From: a virus
Virus record (IMG/VR): IMGVR_UViG_3300028840_003168
DNA: 64,000 nt
Reading direction: 5' to 3' (one strand)
Below the pieces are notes generated by a model. That model saw nothing but the letters and a program-made list of their open reading frames with translations, was not told the DNA's origin and did no database searches. A program made the position numbers and the translations under genes. Positions 54,082 through 63,012 of this stretch are shown piece by piece (the stretch's first letter is position 1; the number at the start of each line of letters is the position of its first letter).

Positions 54082-54533
54082 CAGACCTTGAACAAGCCAG
54101 AGCAGCGATGCTTGCCGAGTCAGAGAAAGGTACTAAGTGTCCTTGCTGCGGCCAGACCGTGAAGCTCTACAAGAGGAAGTTACATGCAGAGATGGCAGAC
54201 TTCCTGGTGAAGCTTGTGAGGAAGTATCGCAATCATCAACGGTACTATTCCACCAGGGAGCTGCTGCCGGATGCGGTTAAAGCTGCCACGGACGGGTCCT
54301 ACTTGGTGAAGTGGGGGCTCGTCGAGAAAGTTGACAGCTCTAACACTGCCGGCGGTAAGGCAGGGTTGTACCGACCAACCCCTATGGGAGTGGATTTTGT
54401 CATGGGCCGCATCAATGTGGTCTCACACATCCACATGCTCTGCGGAGTCTTTGTGGGCTACAGTGATACCTACGTGTCTATCAAGGATTGTCTGGGTGAG
54501 GACTTTGATTACCCGGAGCTCATGACTAGCTGA
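54078..54533 (+). CDS. Zinc ribbon + winged-helix-like hypothetical protein
   Basis: CPCCGQTVKLYKRKL...WGLVE...GLYRPTPMGVDFV. Confidence 0.65.
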   Translation: MTDLEQARAAMLAESEKGTKCPCCGQTVKLYKRKLHAEMADFLVKLVRKYRNHQRYYSTRELLPDAVKAATDGSYLVKWGLVEKVDSSNTAGGKAGLYRPTPMGVDFVMGRINVVSHIHMLCGVFVGYSDTYVSIKDCLGEDFDYPELMTS

Positions 54534-54555
54534 TCAGATCCCCAAACCTCACATC

Positions 54556-54576
54556 CCCAAACTTTTTTGGTATATT
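54556..54576 (+). promoter_or_regulatory. Phage promoter motif copy 7
   Basis: CCCAAACTTTTTTGGTATATT, then ACCTCTAGGAGG. Confidence 0.8.
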
Positions 54577-54594
54577 ACCTCTAGGAGGTTCCGC

Positions 54595-54849
54595 ATGAAT
54601 GTACCTGTCACCAGAGAACAAAAAGCATTGCAGGCCCAACAGATGTTGGGCGAGTCCTTGGGATTGGGACTGGCCGCTGAGAGAGTTCTGGAAATGGCCA
54701 AGGCCAGCTTCGGTAGCTACGACGATAAGATTGCTAAAGTTTTGAGGGAGGCCTCCGTCCAGCTCAAGGACCAGGCTGCTCGGTACAAGGCCAAGTACGA
54801 TGTGTACGTCAGTGAGAACGGGATACTCCGGGGGGAGGTTCCCGAGTGA
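54595..54849 (+). CDS. Hypothetical protein
   Basis: SD AGGAGG. Confidence 0.65.
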   Translation: MNVPVTREQKALQAQQMLGESLGLGLAAERVLEMAKASFGSYDDKIAKVLREASVQLKDQAARYKAKYDVYVSENGILRGEVPE

Positions 54850-55235
54850 CCAACGAGTCTGCCAAAACAGCTTTCGCTGTAATAGGGGTGATCGCTGTCT
54901 CCGTGTTCCTGACGTTGACCGTGATAGCCACCTGGGATCTTGAGACTAAACGACAACATGCCGAGGAGGAAAAGATGAGTGACGGAGCACCCCGCGTAAG
55001 TAATCCCGGAATATATACAGGTGGACCCTCACAGGTCATGACCTGGAAGTGGGAAGTTTCCAATGTCACTTCCAGGTTTCCTGACCCGAAGCACATGGAC
55101 GACATGGAGGACAAGCTCAAGATGGGGTGGGAACCCTTCGGGGTAGCCATCACTGGACCCGGTATGGTCACAACCTGGTTCAAGCGCCAGGTTGAGGTAC
55201 CTTATGAGAAGCCCAAGGAGAAGCCCGATGAATGA
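54846..55235 (+). CDS. Membrane-anchored hypothetical protein
   Basis: N-terminal TM; C-terminal GWEPFGV...WFKR (DUF4177-like). Confidence 0.6.
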   Translation: MTNESAKTAFAVIGVIAVSVFLTLTVIATWDLETKRQHAEEEKMSDGAPRVSNPGIYTGGPSQVMTWKWEVSNVTSRFPDPKHMDDMEDKLKMGWEPFGVAITGPGMVTTWFKRQVEVPYEKPKEKPDE

Positions 55236-55473
55236 GTTGACTTTGAACAAAGGGGATCTTCGTCAGATATGTAAGTTGCTCTCGCAAAACGGAAAGACCC
55301 CTGCGATACAGAGGCTGGCAAACCTGGCTGACGCATCCTGTGAGAAGACTCGCGGACTCGAAGGAACATTTAAGATCAGCAAGGAAAAACTGGGATACGT
55401 AGTCATTGACCCTGCTCTGGTGGAACGAACAGGAGTAAACCGATGCAAAAGATACCTGAGCATCTCAGGATAG
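55228..55473 (+). CDS. Hypothetical protein
   Basis: SD AGGAG. Confidence 0.55.
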   Translation: MNELTLNKGDLRQICKLLSQNGKTPAIQRLANLADASCEKTRGLEGTFKISKEKLGYVVIDPALVERTGVNRCKRYLSISG

Positions 55474-55901
55474 ACGACAAGGTGGACACGATTTGGGACT
55501 GGTGTTTGGTGAGGTACCAGAAGGGCAACGGCATGTGTTGTGGGCCTCTTTCATTACACGGAGGTTCACCGGACGTGCTGGGGTTCCCCGGAGGATACAT
55601 AGGCCCGGAGGTTCTTACCTTCGAGACCCCGCAGAAGGCCCAGAAGTTCCTCGATGACAACCCTCGCCTGGGCGGTGCCGTGGACAAGGTACAGCGGGTG
55701 GACTCTTTAGAGTTCCTTGTGTCCGTGTTCAACAGTTATGATTGCACAACCAAAGTGATCTACAGAGGCAGCGACCTGCTGGAGGTTCGGAAAGTCTACT
55801 TTGCTCAGGTGGGTCGGATTCAGTTGATAGGCTTTTCTTATCGTAATGTGCAAATCAGTTTGGTGACCGACTCGAAGCCGAAGGAGAACTCCGATGAGTG
55901 A
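55443..55901 (+). CDS. Hypothetical protein
   Basis: SD AGGAG. Confidence 0.55.
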   Translation: MQKIPEHLRIDDKVDTIWDWCLVRYQKGNGMCCGPLSLHGGSPDVLGFPGGYIGPEVLTFETPQKAQKFLDDNPRLGGAVDKVQRVDSLEFLVSVFNSYDCTTKVIYRGSDLLEVRKVYFAQVGRIQLIGFSYRNVQISLVTDSKPKENSDE

Positions 55902-56097
55902 CTTGGAGGGTAAAACAGCAATAAAGAGAAGCAATGGTGCGATTGGATCTTATATGTTTATTGGTGAAATTGGAACAATACTCGAACATGATCTTGAGTT
56001 ATCCAGAGTTTATATAAAGGGAGAGAACTTTAGTACATGGGTGTACTTGCGTAATGTAGAAATACTATGTGATAGGGAGAACTCCGATGACTCTTGA
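55894..56097 (+). CDS. Small hypothetical protein (AT-richer)
   Basis: Flanked by identical GGAGAACTCCGATGA junctions. Confidence 0.6.
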   Translation: MSDLEGKTAIKRSNGAIGSYMFIGEIGTILEHDLELSRVYIKGENFSTWVYLRNVEILCDRENSDDS

Positions 56098-56749
56098 TAC
56101 CGACATGGTTTGCTGGGAATGTGGAACAGAGATGGAACCCGAGAAGCGTGTGGGCCTGTTCCTGAAGTTCTACTGTCCGAAGTGCGTTGATGAGTATGAG
56201 GATGGTAAGCTCAAGTTCGATGCTGAACCAATACGCAGACAGTTCGATGAGGAACCAGAAGCTACTCTCAAAATGGTAACCGCCGAACTTGAAGATACTA
56301 CTACTCACTGGTCGGAGGACAACGACATCAAGCTGGCATGCCCCTTCTGTAGGGAATCGACCATGAATGTGGAAATAGAATCCGATAGAGAGGTAGTTTG
56401 GAGGTGTTCTAATTGTGATCATATTGAGAACATGCCGAAGAAGCAGGACGAGACAATCATATCATGTACCAGATGTAGCACCGCGCTAGTTGTCCAGAAT
56501 GTAGGTGATGGAATCACCACGCACTGTCCCAATTGTGGAGGGTATAGTGATTCCGAGGTGCGTGTGTTACTCACCAAGGACGAACTTACACAACTCCTGG
56601 CATCTCACAGGATGGCAGTGGAGTTCCATAAACTTGTTGGTGCTGGACGAGGAGAGACCATCAGGCACTTACATATACTGGAAACTCTGTTGACCAAATT
56701 GGAAAATGTTCTGGAGAATTTTGATAAAGAAAGGCGGGGCGATGGGTAA
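56087..56749 (+). CDS. Triple zinc-ribbon protein
   Basis: Six CxxC motifs. Confidence 0.7.
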   Translation: MTLDTDMVCWECGTEMEPEKRVGLFLKFYCPKCVDEYEDGKLKFDAEPIRRQFDEEPEATLKMVTAELEDTTTHWSEDNDIKLACPFCRESTMNVEIESDREVVWRCSNCDHIENMPKKQDETIISCTRCSTALVVQNVGDGITTHCPNCGGYSDSEVRVLLTKDELTQLLASHRMAVEFHKLVGAGRGETIRHLHILETLLTKLENVLENFDKERRGDG

Positions 56750-56778
56750 ACCACGAACAGAACCAATACTAGGCACTC
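56730..56778 (+). repeat. 49-bp direct repeat, copy 1 (copy 2 at 58003-58051)
   Basis: AAAGGCGGGGCGATGGGTAAACCACGAACAGAACCAATACTAGGCACTC identical at both sites. Confidence 0.9.
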
Positions 56779-56912
56779 CACAGGATACCATACGACTTTT
56801 GAGGTCTAACATAGCTGTTTTACGCGCCGAGCTTGCCGAGGTGAAAAAGGAATTGGCCGAAACACAAAGGGATAGAAATTACTGGCGCGATAAAGCAAAA
56901 GGAAACGGTTAA
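56742..56912 (+). CDS. Small coiled-coil protein
   Basis: Starts in the repeat; LRAELAEVKKE. Confidence 0.55.
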   Translation: MGKPRTEPILGTPQDTIRLLRSNIAVLRAELAEVKKELAETQRDRNYWRDKAKGNG

Positions 56913-57010
56913 CGAAAGGCGGGGCGATGGGTGATGTAATAAAGTAAGGAAGGGAAGAAAATGAAACTCGAAACAGGTTGCCGCATTCTCAAATGTGAAA
57001 GCGAGGGGTG

Positions 57011-57514
57011 ATGGATGATTTAGACAAGCTGCACGATGAACGGATGCAGTATGCCCGTGACTACATATCTGACCTTGAGCAAAAATGGAGACAATACGAA
57101 ATAGACCATATGGCGGAAGTAAATGCGACCCCATGCATGTATAAAGGAGACAAAGGCAGTGTGCCAAGGCCCCCATTTATTGACACGGCTGTTTTAGATA
57201 TTGCCCGCCTGGCCGCAGACAAAGCTGTTTTGCAACGACAGCTTGCCTCAGTCAAGGCCGAGCGTGACGGGCTAAAATACGATTTAAAATGCGCGATGAA
57301 ATTGAATGTGGATCGCAATGCCGAGGCCGACACGCGGCGGAATAAAATAGCGGCGCTGGCCGTTGAAAACGCGCGGCTGAAAGTACAGCTTGCCGAGTGT
57401 AAGGCGGACCGGGATGCATGGTGTGATAGATGCGCAAACGTTGAGCACGCGTTTGGTGTATTGCAAAAAAAACACGACACTCTAAAAGGCGACATCGCCA
57501 ACATGAGCTTCTGA
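57011..57514 (+). CDS. Coiled-coil hypothetical protein
   Basis: QLASVKAERDG and QLAECKADRDA repeats. Confidence 0.6.
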   Translation: MDDLDKLHDERMQYARDYISDLEQKWRQYEIDHMAEVNATPCMYKGDKGSVPRPPFIDTAVLDIARLAADKAVLQRQLASVKAERDGLKYDLKCAMKLNVDRNAEADTRRNKIAALAVENARLKVQLAECKADRDAWCDRCANVEHAFGVLQKKHDTLKGDIANMSF

Positions 57515-57579
57515 TATAGCAGAACTAGAGAAGGAGCGGAATAAGCTGCATAAGCAGACTACAAACAAGGAGCGGGGCG

Positions 57580-57780
57580 ATGGGTGAAAATAAATATTAC
57601 GTAATAACGCAATGTGATACACCAATAGAAATAGTTATAGGTAGCATACAAGAGGCAGACGAAAGGCTTTTGTCTTGGAGGGAAGGGGACACGTCAGATC
57701 ATTATGAGTGTTTAGAGGTGGATGTATTCCGGCCACCAAAAGAAAGAAAGGCGGGGCGATGGCAATTAGTAGCTACATAA
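57580..57780 (+). CDS. Small hypothetical protein
   Basis: Starts at a GCGGGGCGATGG junction. Confidence 0.55.
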   Translation: MGENKYYVITQCDTPIEIVIGSIQEADERLLSWREGDTSDHYECLEVDVFRPPKERKAGRWQLVAT

Positions 57781-58004
57781 CATGTCGTGTCTGTAAGGAA
57801 GAGGTCAGGGTGATGCACTCTGTGCGTGGCCCTACTCCTACTATCTGTAGAGATTGCAAGGAAAAAGAGTCTGACAAAGAGAGGACAAAATATCTTGAAG
57901 GGCTTAAAAAGTTATCGTTGGAAGATAGAATAGCGCGAATAGAGGAAGCTTTATATGACCAGCCTCCAGTTCGTCGTAGTGTGCGAGACATCATAATAGG
58001 ATAA
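57759..58004 (+). CDS. Zinc-ribbon hypothetical protein
   Basis: Starts at GGCGGGGCGATGG; CRVC...CRDC. Confidence 0.6.
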   Translation: MAISSYITCRVCKEEVRVMHSVRGPTPTICRDCKEKESDKERTKYLEGLKKLSLEDRIARIEEALYDQPPVRRSVRDIIIG

Positions 58005-58051
58005 AGGCGGGGCGATGGGTAAACCACGAACAGAACCAATACTAGGCACTC
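58003..58051 (+). repeat. 49-bp direct repeat, copy 2
   Basis: Identical to 56730-56778; opens a 36-codon ORF at 58015-58125. Confidence 0.9.
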
Positions 58052-58137
58052 TAGCGGATATGGGGATTGTATGTCTGCGTAAAATGTGGCGACAGGCAGC
58101 CGAACACCGTGGCGACTATGTATGAGAAGGAGGAACC

Positions 58138-58314
58138 ATGAAAACGCAATGGCAGTTGCTCTTGGTAGCTTTAGGTTTGTTTGTCGGACTCTTCATGGAA
58201 GAGACTGTGGCTTTGGCTACTACTCTTTGGCTGGTATTGTTCGCTGCTGTTATGATTGTGCGTGACGCTGTGCGCCACTACCGGTCCATAAAATCATATA
58301 GGGAGAAACAATGA
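58138..58314 (+). CDS. Small two-TM membrane protein; not in the ORF track
   Basis: SD AAGGAGG; MKTQWQLLLVALGLFVGLF...LWLVLFAAVMIVRD. Confidence 0.6.
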   Translation: MKTQWQLLLVALGLFVGLFMEETVALATTLWLVLFAAVMIVRDAVRHYRSIKSYREKQ

Positions 58315-58499
58315 CCCAAACAAAAGACGAAGGCTACCTAATCCGGTGCACCCGTGAGAGCGACGGCGAAGTAACCTACTTGCGCCTATCCGCTGGTCGC
58401 CACTATCTGTGTGGGATGTTCGGTCCGTGTTTCCGCACTCCCTACGGTGATTTATACCCCGTCCTAATCATCCCTGACGAAAGCCGAGACGATGGATAA
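58311..58499 (+). CDS. Small hypothetical protein
   Basis: Ends YPVLIIPDES, similar to the end of the next gene. Confidence 0.55.
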   Translation: MTQTKDEGYLIRCTRESDGEVTYLRLSAGRHYLCGMFGPCFRTPYGDLYPVLIIPDESRDDG

Positions 58500-58875
58500 T
58501 AATTTAGACATGATGAAACGTGAACCACTGTTAAGGGAAATCGAAAAACTCCGCGCCGAGCTGGTCGAGGTGAAGGCGGAACGGGATGCGCTGCGGGAAA
58601 CAAACCGAGCCTTAGAACTAAACGCCACCGAACGGCTGGATAAAAAAGCGGCTAGAATCGATAATCTGGAAAATGAACTTGCGCGGGTTGTAGACAAACG
58701 GGATGCGCTGCAAGCACGGATTGATGGGGCGGTTAGGGGGTTTGGGCTATTTTCTCGCGGTATGCCAAAGGATTCGCTAGTGGAAGCACGACCGCGAGAT
58801 CACTTTTCATTTGATATAAACTACTTCAGGGTTTTCCCCGTCCTAATCCTAAAAGACGAAAGCAAGACCGAATGA
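58492..58875 (+). CDS. Coiled-coil hypothetical protein
   Basis: LRAELVEVKAERDAL; ends FPVLILKDES. Confidence 0.6.
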   Translation: MDNNLDMMKREPLLREIEKLRAELVEVKAERDALRETNRALELNATERLDKKAARIDNLENELARVVDKRDALQARIDGAVRGFGLFSRGMPKDSLVEARPRDHFSFDINYFRVFPVLILKDESKTE

Positions 58876-59117
58876 CAAGTCATGTTCAATGGCTGGATGC
58901 GGAACCCGAAAGAACGAAACAACAGGAGAAGGAGCGTGTCAAACTACACCTGGCAGTGGACAGGGCTGTGGACTTGATTCATGAGAGCATAGGCAGCTGT
59001 CCTGCAAACGTCTTCAACTGGGACAACAACTGTGAAGAGAAGTGTGGAGCCAGGTCAGAACGCAGGTTCGCTTGGAAAGAATGTTGGAGAGATTATTTAC
59101 TAAGGGAGGAGTCATGA
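58872..59117 (+). CDS. Small Cys-containing protein
   Basis: ATGA overlap. Confidence 0.55.
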   Translation: MTSHVQWLDAEPERTKQQEKERVKLHLAVDRAVDLIHESIGSCPANVFNWDNNCEEKCGARSERRFAWKECWRDYLLREES

Positions 59118-59383
59118 CCACAGCCGCCTGCCCGATATGTCACCACCCACAGAATGAGTGCATGTGTACCACTAAGGTCGGTGTTATCGATGTTGCACCC
59201 ATGCCGCAATGGACCTGTGAGATCTGTGGCAGAATGCAATTAGGGGTCACGCCCAGCGAGTGTACGTCACCACTATGTTCCAGGATCAAGTTGTTGGAAG
59301 CTAAGATAACCTACTTGGAGGGAGGACTTCACCTGATCAGAGGTGAGATGTTGCTGAAGAGAGAATCCGATGACCAAAGCTAA
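59114..59383 (+). CDS. Small Cys-rich protein
   Basis: SD GGAGGAG. Confidence 0.55.
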   Translation: MTTAACPICHHPQNECMCTTKVGVIDVAPMPQWTCEICGRMQLGVTPSECTSPLCSRIKLLEAKITYLEGGLHLIRGEMLLKRESDDQS

Positions 59384-59648
59384 ACTCATAAGTCCTGGCG
59401 ACGAGTACAACGAGCATACCTGCATCACAGCTGCCGAACTTCGTGAGATGGGGTTCAAAATTCCAGAGCACATTCCCAACTGTGCATGGGTGCCGCGGGA
59501 TAGCTTGTTACCTGTCGGTGACTTGAGTATAGAAGCTGACAGTCATGATAACAGCAGGTTCCACATGTCACTTTTCACCAGGTTCACCAAACCTTTTAAG
59601 TGGATTGGTGCTGATGTGGTGATCCCAATGGAGAAAACTGATGAGTGA
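59370..59648 (+). CDS. Hypothetical protein
   Basis: Overlap-coupled. Confidence 0.55.
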   Translation: MTKAKLISPGDEYNEHTCITAAELREMGFKIPEHIPNCAWVPRDSLLPVGDLSIEADSHDNSRFHMSLFTRFTKPFKWIGADVVIPMEKTDE

Positions 59649-59856
59649 AAGGTCCAAGCTCATAGACACCGTTCAGCTAGGTGAGCATGCCTTGAATATC
59701 ATCACCACAAAAGTTCTGAACCCAGACGAGGCAATCCTAGTCTCTTTCCCGTCCAGGTACCCTGGCGAATCCTTGGACGACTATCTGGAACGTGTGGCGA
59801 GAAGCAAACGTTGGGCAAAGCTGGTGAACCTGGGAAAGAAGAAAACTGATGAGTGA
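59641..59856 (+). CDS. Hypothetical protein
   Basis: Overlap-coupled. Confidence 0.55.
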   Translation: MSERSKLIDTVQLGEHALNIITTKVLNPDEAILVSFPSRYPGESLDDYLERVARSKRWAKLVNLGKKKTDE

Positions 59857-60067
59857 CGCTTTCAAATGGTTTTGTGAAGAAAGGTGTGAACATCGAACCG
59901 TGGCCCAGGCTTTAGGGGAACCCCAGGCCAGACATCCTTACTGCAAACTGAGAAGGGATACTCCTCCATTATGTGGCGACATCGGTTGTTCCATCTGGAG
60001 GCAAAATAGAATCCATATCGAGATTGCCTACGAGAAGAGAGGGAAACATGAACCTCAGGAAACTTGA
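59849..60067 (+). CDS. Small Cys-rich protein
   Basis: Overlap-coupled. Confidence 0.5.
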   Translation: MSDAFKWFCEERCEHRTVAQALGEPQARHPYCKLRRDTPPLCGDIGCSIWRQNRIHIEIAYEKRGKHEPQET

Positions 60068-60236
60068 AACAGCCATGGCCGAGGCCAAGAGGTTCCTTGC
60101 CAAGGCCAAGGTTCTGAAAGACCGCATGGACGGTGACACGAGCTACTACTGGATGGGCACCAAGGAGAGTGGTGCTGTCAAACGTTCCAGCATGGATCTT
60201 ACCCGAGCACTGGCCGAGTTAAGAAAACCCAACTAA
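60048..60236 (+). CDS. Small hypothetical protein
   Basis: SD GAGG; AEAKRFL...SGAVKRSSMDLTRALAELRK. Confidence 0.6.
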   Translation: MNLRKLETAMAEAKRFLAKAKVLKDRMDGDTSYYWMGTKESGAVKRSSMDLTRALAELRKPN

Positions 60237-60255
60237 CCTCTGATAGGATAAGCCC

Positions 60256-60681
60256 ATGAACCAGTACCAAAAGGGATACCAGAACCCGATTACCAACCGG
60301 CAGCGCCAGGTGCTGGATGTCATTGTGACCCACCTGCTCGACAAGGGGTATGCGCCTACTCTGCGGGAGATAGGTACCTCCATGAAAATCAACTCCACGA
60401 ACGGGGTGTCTGACCACCTCCGGGCCTTGGAGCGCAAAGGTTGGATAAGGGTGGCCGAGATGCAGTCCAGAGGCATCACGCTGACCGAGAAGGCCAAGAC
60501 TGACTATTACCTAGAACCAATATCACCACTTGAAAGAAGGGCTCTGGAGGAGGTTCAGGACCTCATCAAAGAGTTCCCATACAACCTGACTCTGGGTACA
60601 TGCTCGGACCCTGTGGATGGTGCTGAGAAGGTCATCGACAAACTGAAGGGCATCCTGCAACGAGCCGAGATGGAGGCATAA
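60256..60681 (+). CDS. LexA-type DNA-binding domain protein lacking the S24 peptidase domain
   Basis: TNRQRQVLDVI...GYAPTLREIG...STNGVSDHLRALERKGWI...SRGI; only 141 aa with an unrelated C-terminus. Confidence 0.85.
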   Translation: MNQYQKGYQNPITNRQRQVLDVIVTHLLDKGYAPTLREIGTSMKINSTNGVSDHLRALERKGWIRVAEMQSRGITLTEKAKTDYYLEPISPLERRALEEVQDLIKEFPYNLTLGTCSDPVDGAEKVIDKLKGILQRAEMEA

Positions 60682-60683
60682 CG

Positions 60684-61514
60684 ATGGACACTTTGAAACT
60701 TACCCTTCCGCACATGCACGGACCCGCGGTGAAGCGGCTCCAGGAATTCGGAGATCTCCTCGGGTATGACTACGGACCCAATGATGGAATCTTCGGACAC
60801 GATACAGAGCTGGTTGTGCTGGACCTTCAGAAAGCCTTCGGGCTGCGCCAGGACGGCGCCTGTGGCCCGAAGACGTGGAAGGCCATACTTGACCACTTAG
60901 ACAAGGATCATGTCCCTGAAAGCGGTATTATCGACATCATAGGGCAACACCAGAGGCCCAAGCTCTACGCCAGACCCAGACGTTGGAGCGACATTAAAGG
61001 TGTAACTCTTCACCAAACAGGGTGCAAAATGCCTGCGGACCCCCAGAAGTGGAGGAGGTTGAACGCTCATATCGGACTCCCGCGGGATGGAGGTATTGTC
61101 CTGGTGAATGCCATGACCGACATGATCTGGCATGGCCAGGGACTGTCCCAGCACACCATCGGTATCGAAATCGAGGGTAACTTCATGGGTGTTGAAGGTA
61201 AGCCAAACACCTTATGGAAGGGTGGAGGGCCTGCGGCCAAGCTCACCGATGGCCAGCTTCTCGCTGCTCATGAGCTGTTCAGGTACCTTCAGAAGCAGTT
61301 CAACGACAATGACCAGGTCTGGGTGGTGGTCAGAGGTCATCGGCAGTCCTCCAAGACGCGCCACGGCGACCCAGGTTCCGCGATATGGGAAGGCATTGCC
61401 ATGCCATGGATAAGCCAGCTCAACGCCACTGACGGCGGTCCCAAGTGGTCCACGGGCTCAGGAAGGCCCATTCCCAGGGACTGGAACCGAACCTATCCAG
61501 GTACCTACTGGTAG
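60684..61514 (+). CDS. Endolysin: peptidoglycan-binding domain + N-acetylmuramoyl-L-alanine amidase
   Basis: GPAVKRLQ..DGIFG..T...V..LQ...GL..DG.CGPKTW; amidase LHQTG, AH, IGIEIEG, GHRQ...DPG. Confidence 0.88.
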   Translation: MDTLKLTLPHMHGPAVKRLQEFGDLLGYDYGPNDGIFGHDTELVVLDLQKAFGLRQDGACGPKTWKAILDHLDKDHVPESGIIDIIGQHQRPKLYARPRRWSDIKGVTLHQTGCKMPADPQKWRRLNAHIGLPRDGGIVLVNAMTDMIWHGQGLSQHTIGIEIEGNFMGVEGKPNTLWKGGGPAAKLTDGQLLAAHELFRYLQKQFNDNDQVWVVVRGHRQSSKTRHGDPGSAIWEGIAMPWISQLNATDGGPKWSTGSGRPIPRDWNRTYPGTYW

Positions 61515-61529
61515 GAATTTTCATAACCC

Positions 61530-61550
61530 TTCAAACTTTTTTGGTATATT
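61530..61550 (+). promoter_or_regulatory. Phage promoter motif copy 8
   Basis: TTCAAACTTTTTTGGTATATT, then ACCTCTAGGAGG. Confidence 0.8.
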
Positions 61551-61567
61551 ACCTCTAGGAGGTGAAC

Positions 61568-63010
61568 ATGCCTAAGTATGTAGTTAAAAATGCTGATGGA
61601 GGTCCAGTCGTCCATAATACCCAGGAGAAAGCCATGCCAGGATTCAAACCTTTCGATGAGCAGGATTATCTTGCGGCCATGAAGGAGTGTCATGCGAACA
61701 GTGCGCTCAAGAAACACTTTCGAGGATTCAAGGTAAGCGAGGCGCAACGGGACAATTCCAAACCTCCCAGGTTGCCGGACTTTGATACCCAGGGCTGGTG
61801 GAGGCTGGCCAATGCTCATCTGACGGATGACCAGATCAAGGTGTGTTTCAACGAATCTGAAGGTTACACGAACTGGATATGGGACAGAAGTACCTTCTGC
61901 ACCTGCGAGAAACCTCACCTTCAGAAGGGTTCATGGGACAAGAACGCAGACCGCGGAACCTGTTTCTATTGCCGCAAGGTGCTCACCGCCGAAAGGATGG
62001 CCGAGACAAAAGGTGCCGTGGAGGTAAGGCCCTGGACTGATCAGGACTTCCAGGCTGCGGTTACCTGCTTGGTTCCATCACAGCGGGAGAAGCTCCACCA
62101 CTTCCACATCTCCAGGCATCACGAAGAACGATGGGTTCACACACCCCAGCATTATTATGTGGGGGCGTATCATATCCATACCGCGTGTGTGCCAGACATA
62201 CACCCCGACAACATCATAATGCACGATGCGGGTCACAATTCGTTGGGCCAGTACGTTCGGGATTCTTTGGCGGTGCAGGAGATGACCGACAGGGATCGTG
62301 CTGCGCTCAAGATAAACGGCGCCGTTCGGGACCGCGCCCAGGAAGCTGTGGACCACATTAACAGCAGAAGCTCCGCTTCTCAGGTCAACATGCAGAAAAG
62401 GGCCAAGATGAATCCTCCGAAAGACATGGAAGGTATTGAAGAGATCGTGGCTGCATATGGTTACAAAAGGCAGGCGTCAGTCAGGATGCCGAAGCCTGCC
62501 AAGCAGATCACCCATACCGCCGAGTTCGAGTTCCCCAATGGAGACCGATTCACGATACCTGACCCTATCGAACCTGAGTGGAAGGGTTCGGATGTGATTG
62601 TGGACCCGTGGAGTAAACCTTTGGTTCACAACACAGAGTATGGCGATAGGTCTAGTCATTATGCCCTGTGCGATGGGGATGGTGGGTGTACGAAGATACA
62701 AGGACCAAATGGTACTTCTTTGGATTTTGCTCACAAGGAAGGTAAGTTGATTGCCGATGAGTACGCACGCAGAGCTGTGAGGGAGAAAGCCAAGGTTCTC
62801 TGGTGGAGGGAATGGAAGAGACCTTTATCTAAATCTGTACCACGCAGGAAGTATACACCTCCGAGATATTTCAAAAGAGCGACAGAGGTGCTGATGGCAG
62901 AGAAAAATGCAATACCCGTTGAGGGGTCTAAAGGGCGACCTGAATGGCCCGAGGGCAAACATCCTCGCCGCATCATTGAGGAAGGCCGAGAGGAAACTGA
63001 CGAGAAGTAG
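61568..63010 (+). CDS. Hypothetical protein
   Basis: Long ORF after the promoter and SD; CTC...CFYC. Confidence 0.7.
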   Translation: MPKYVVKNADGGPVVHNTQEKAMPGFKPFDEQDYLAAMKECHANSALKKHFRGFKVSEAQRDNSKPPRLPDFDTQGWWRLANAHLTDDQIKVCFNESEGYTNWIWDRSTFCTCEKPHLQKGSWDKNADRGTCFYCRKVLTAERMAETKGAVEVRPWTDQDFQAAVTCLVPSQREKLHHFHISRHHEERWVHTPQHYYVGAYHIHTACVPDIHPDNIIMHDAGHNSLGQYVRDSLAVQEMTDRDRAALKINGAVRDRAQEAVDHINSRSSASQVNMQKRAKMNPPKDMEGIEEIVAAYGYKRQASVRMPKPAKQITHTAEFEFPNGDRFTIPDPIEPEWKGSDVIVDPWSKPLVHNTEYGDRSSHYALCDGDGGCTKIQGPNGTSLDFAHKEGKLIADEYARRAVREKAKVLWWREWKRPLSKSVPRRKYTPPRYFKRATEVLMAEKNAIPVEGSKGRPEWPEGKHPRRIIEEGREETDEK

Positions 63011-63012
63011 CT

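Noticed and set aside
56730-58051. Prophage att sites, IS target duplication or DGR template/variable repeat for the 49-bp direct repeat
   Set aside because: No integrase, transposase or reverse transcriptase in the window; the copies are identical with no adenine-specific mismatches
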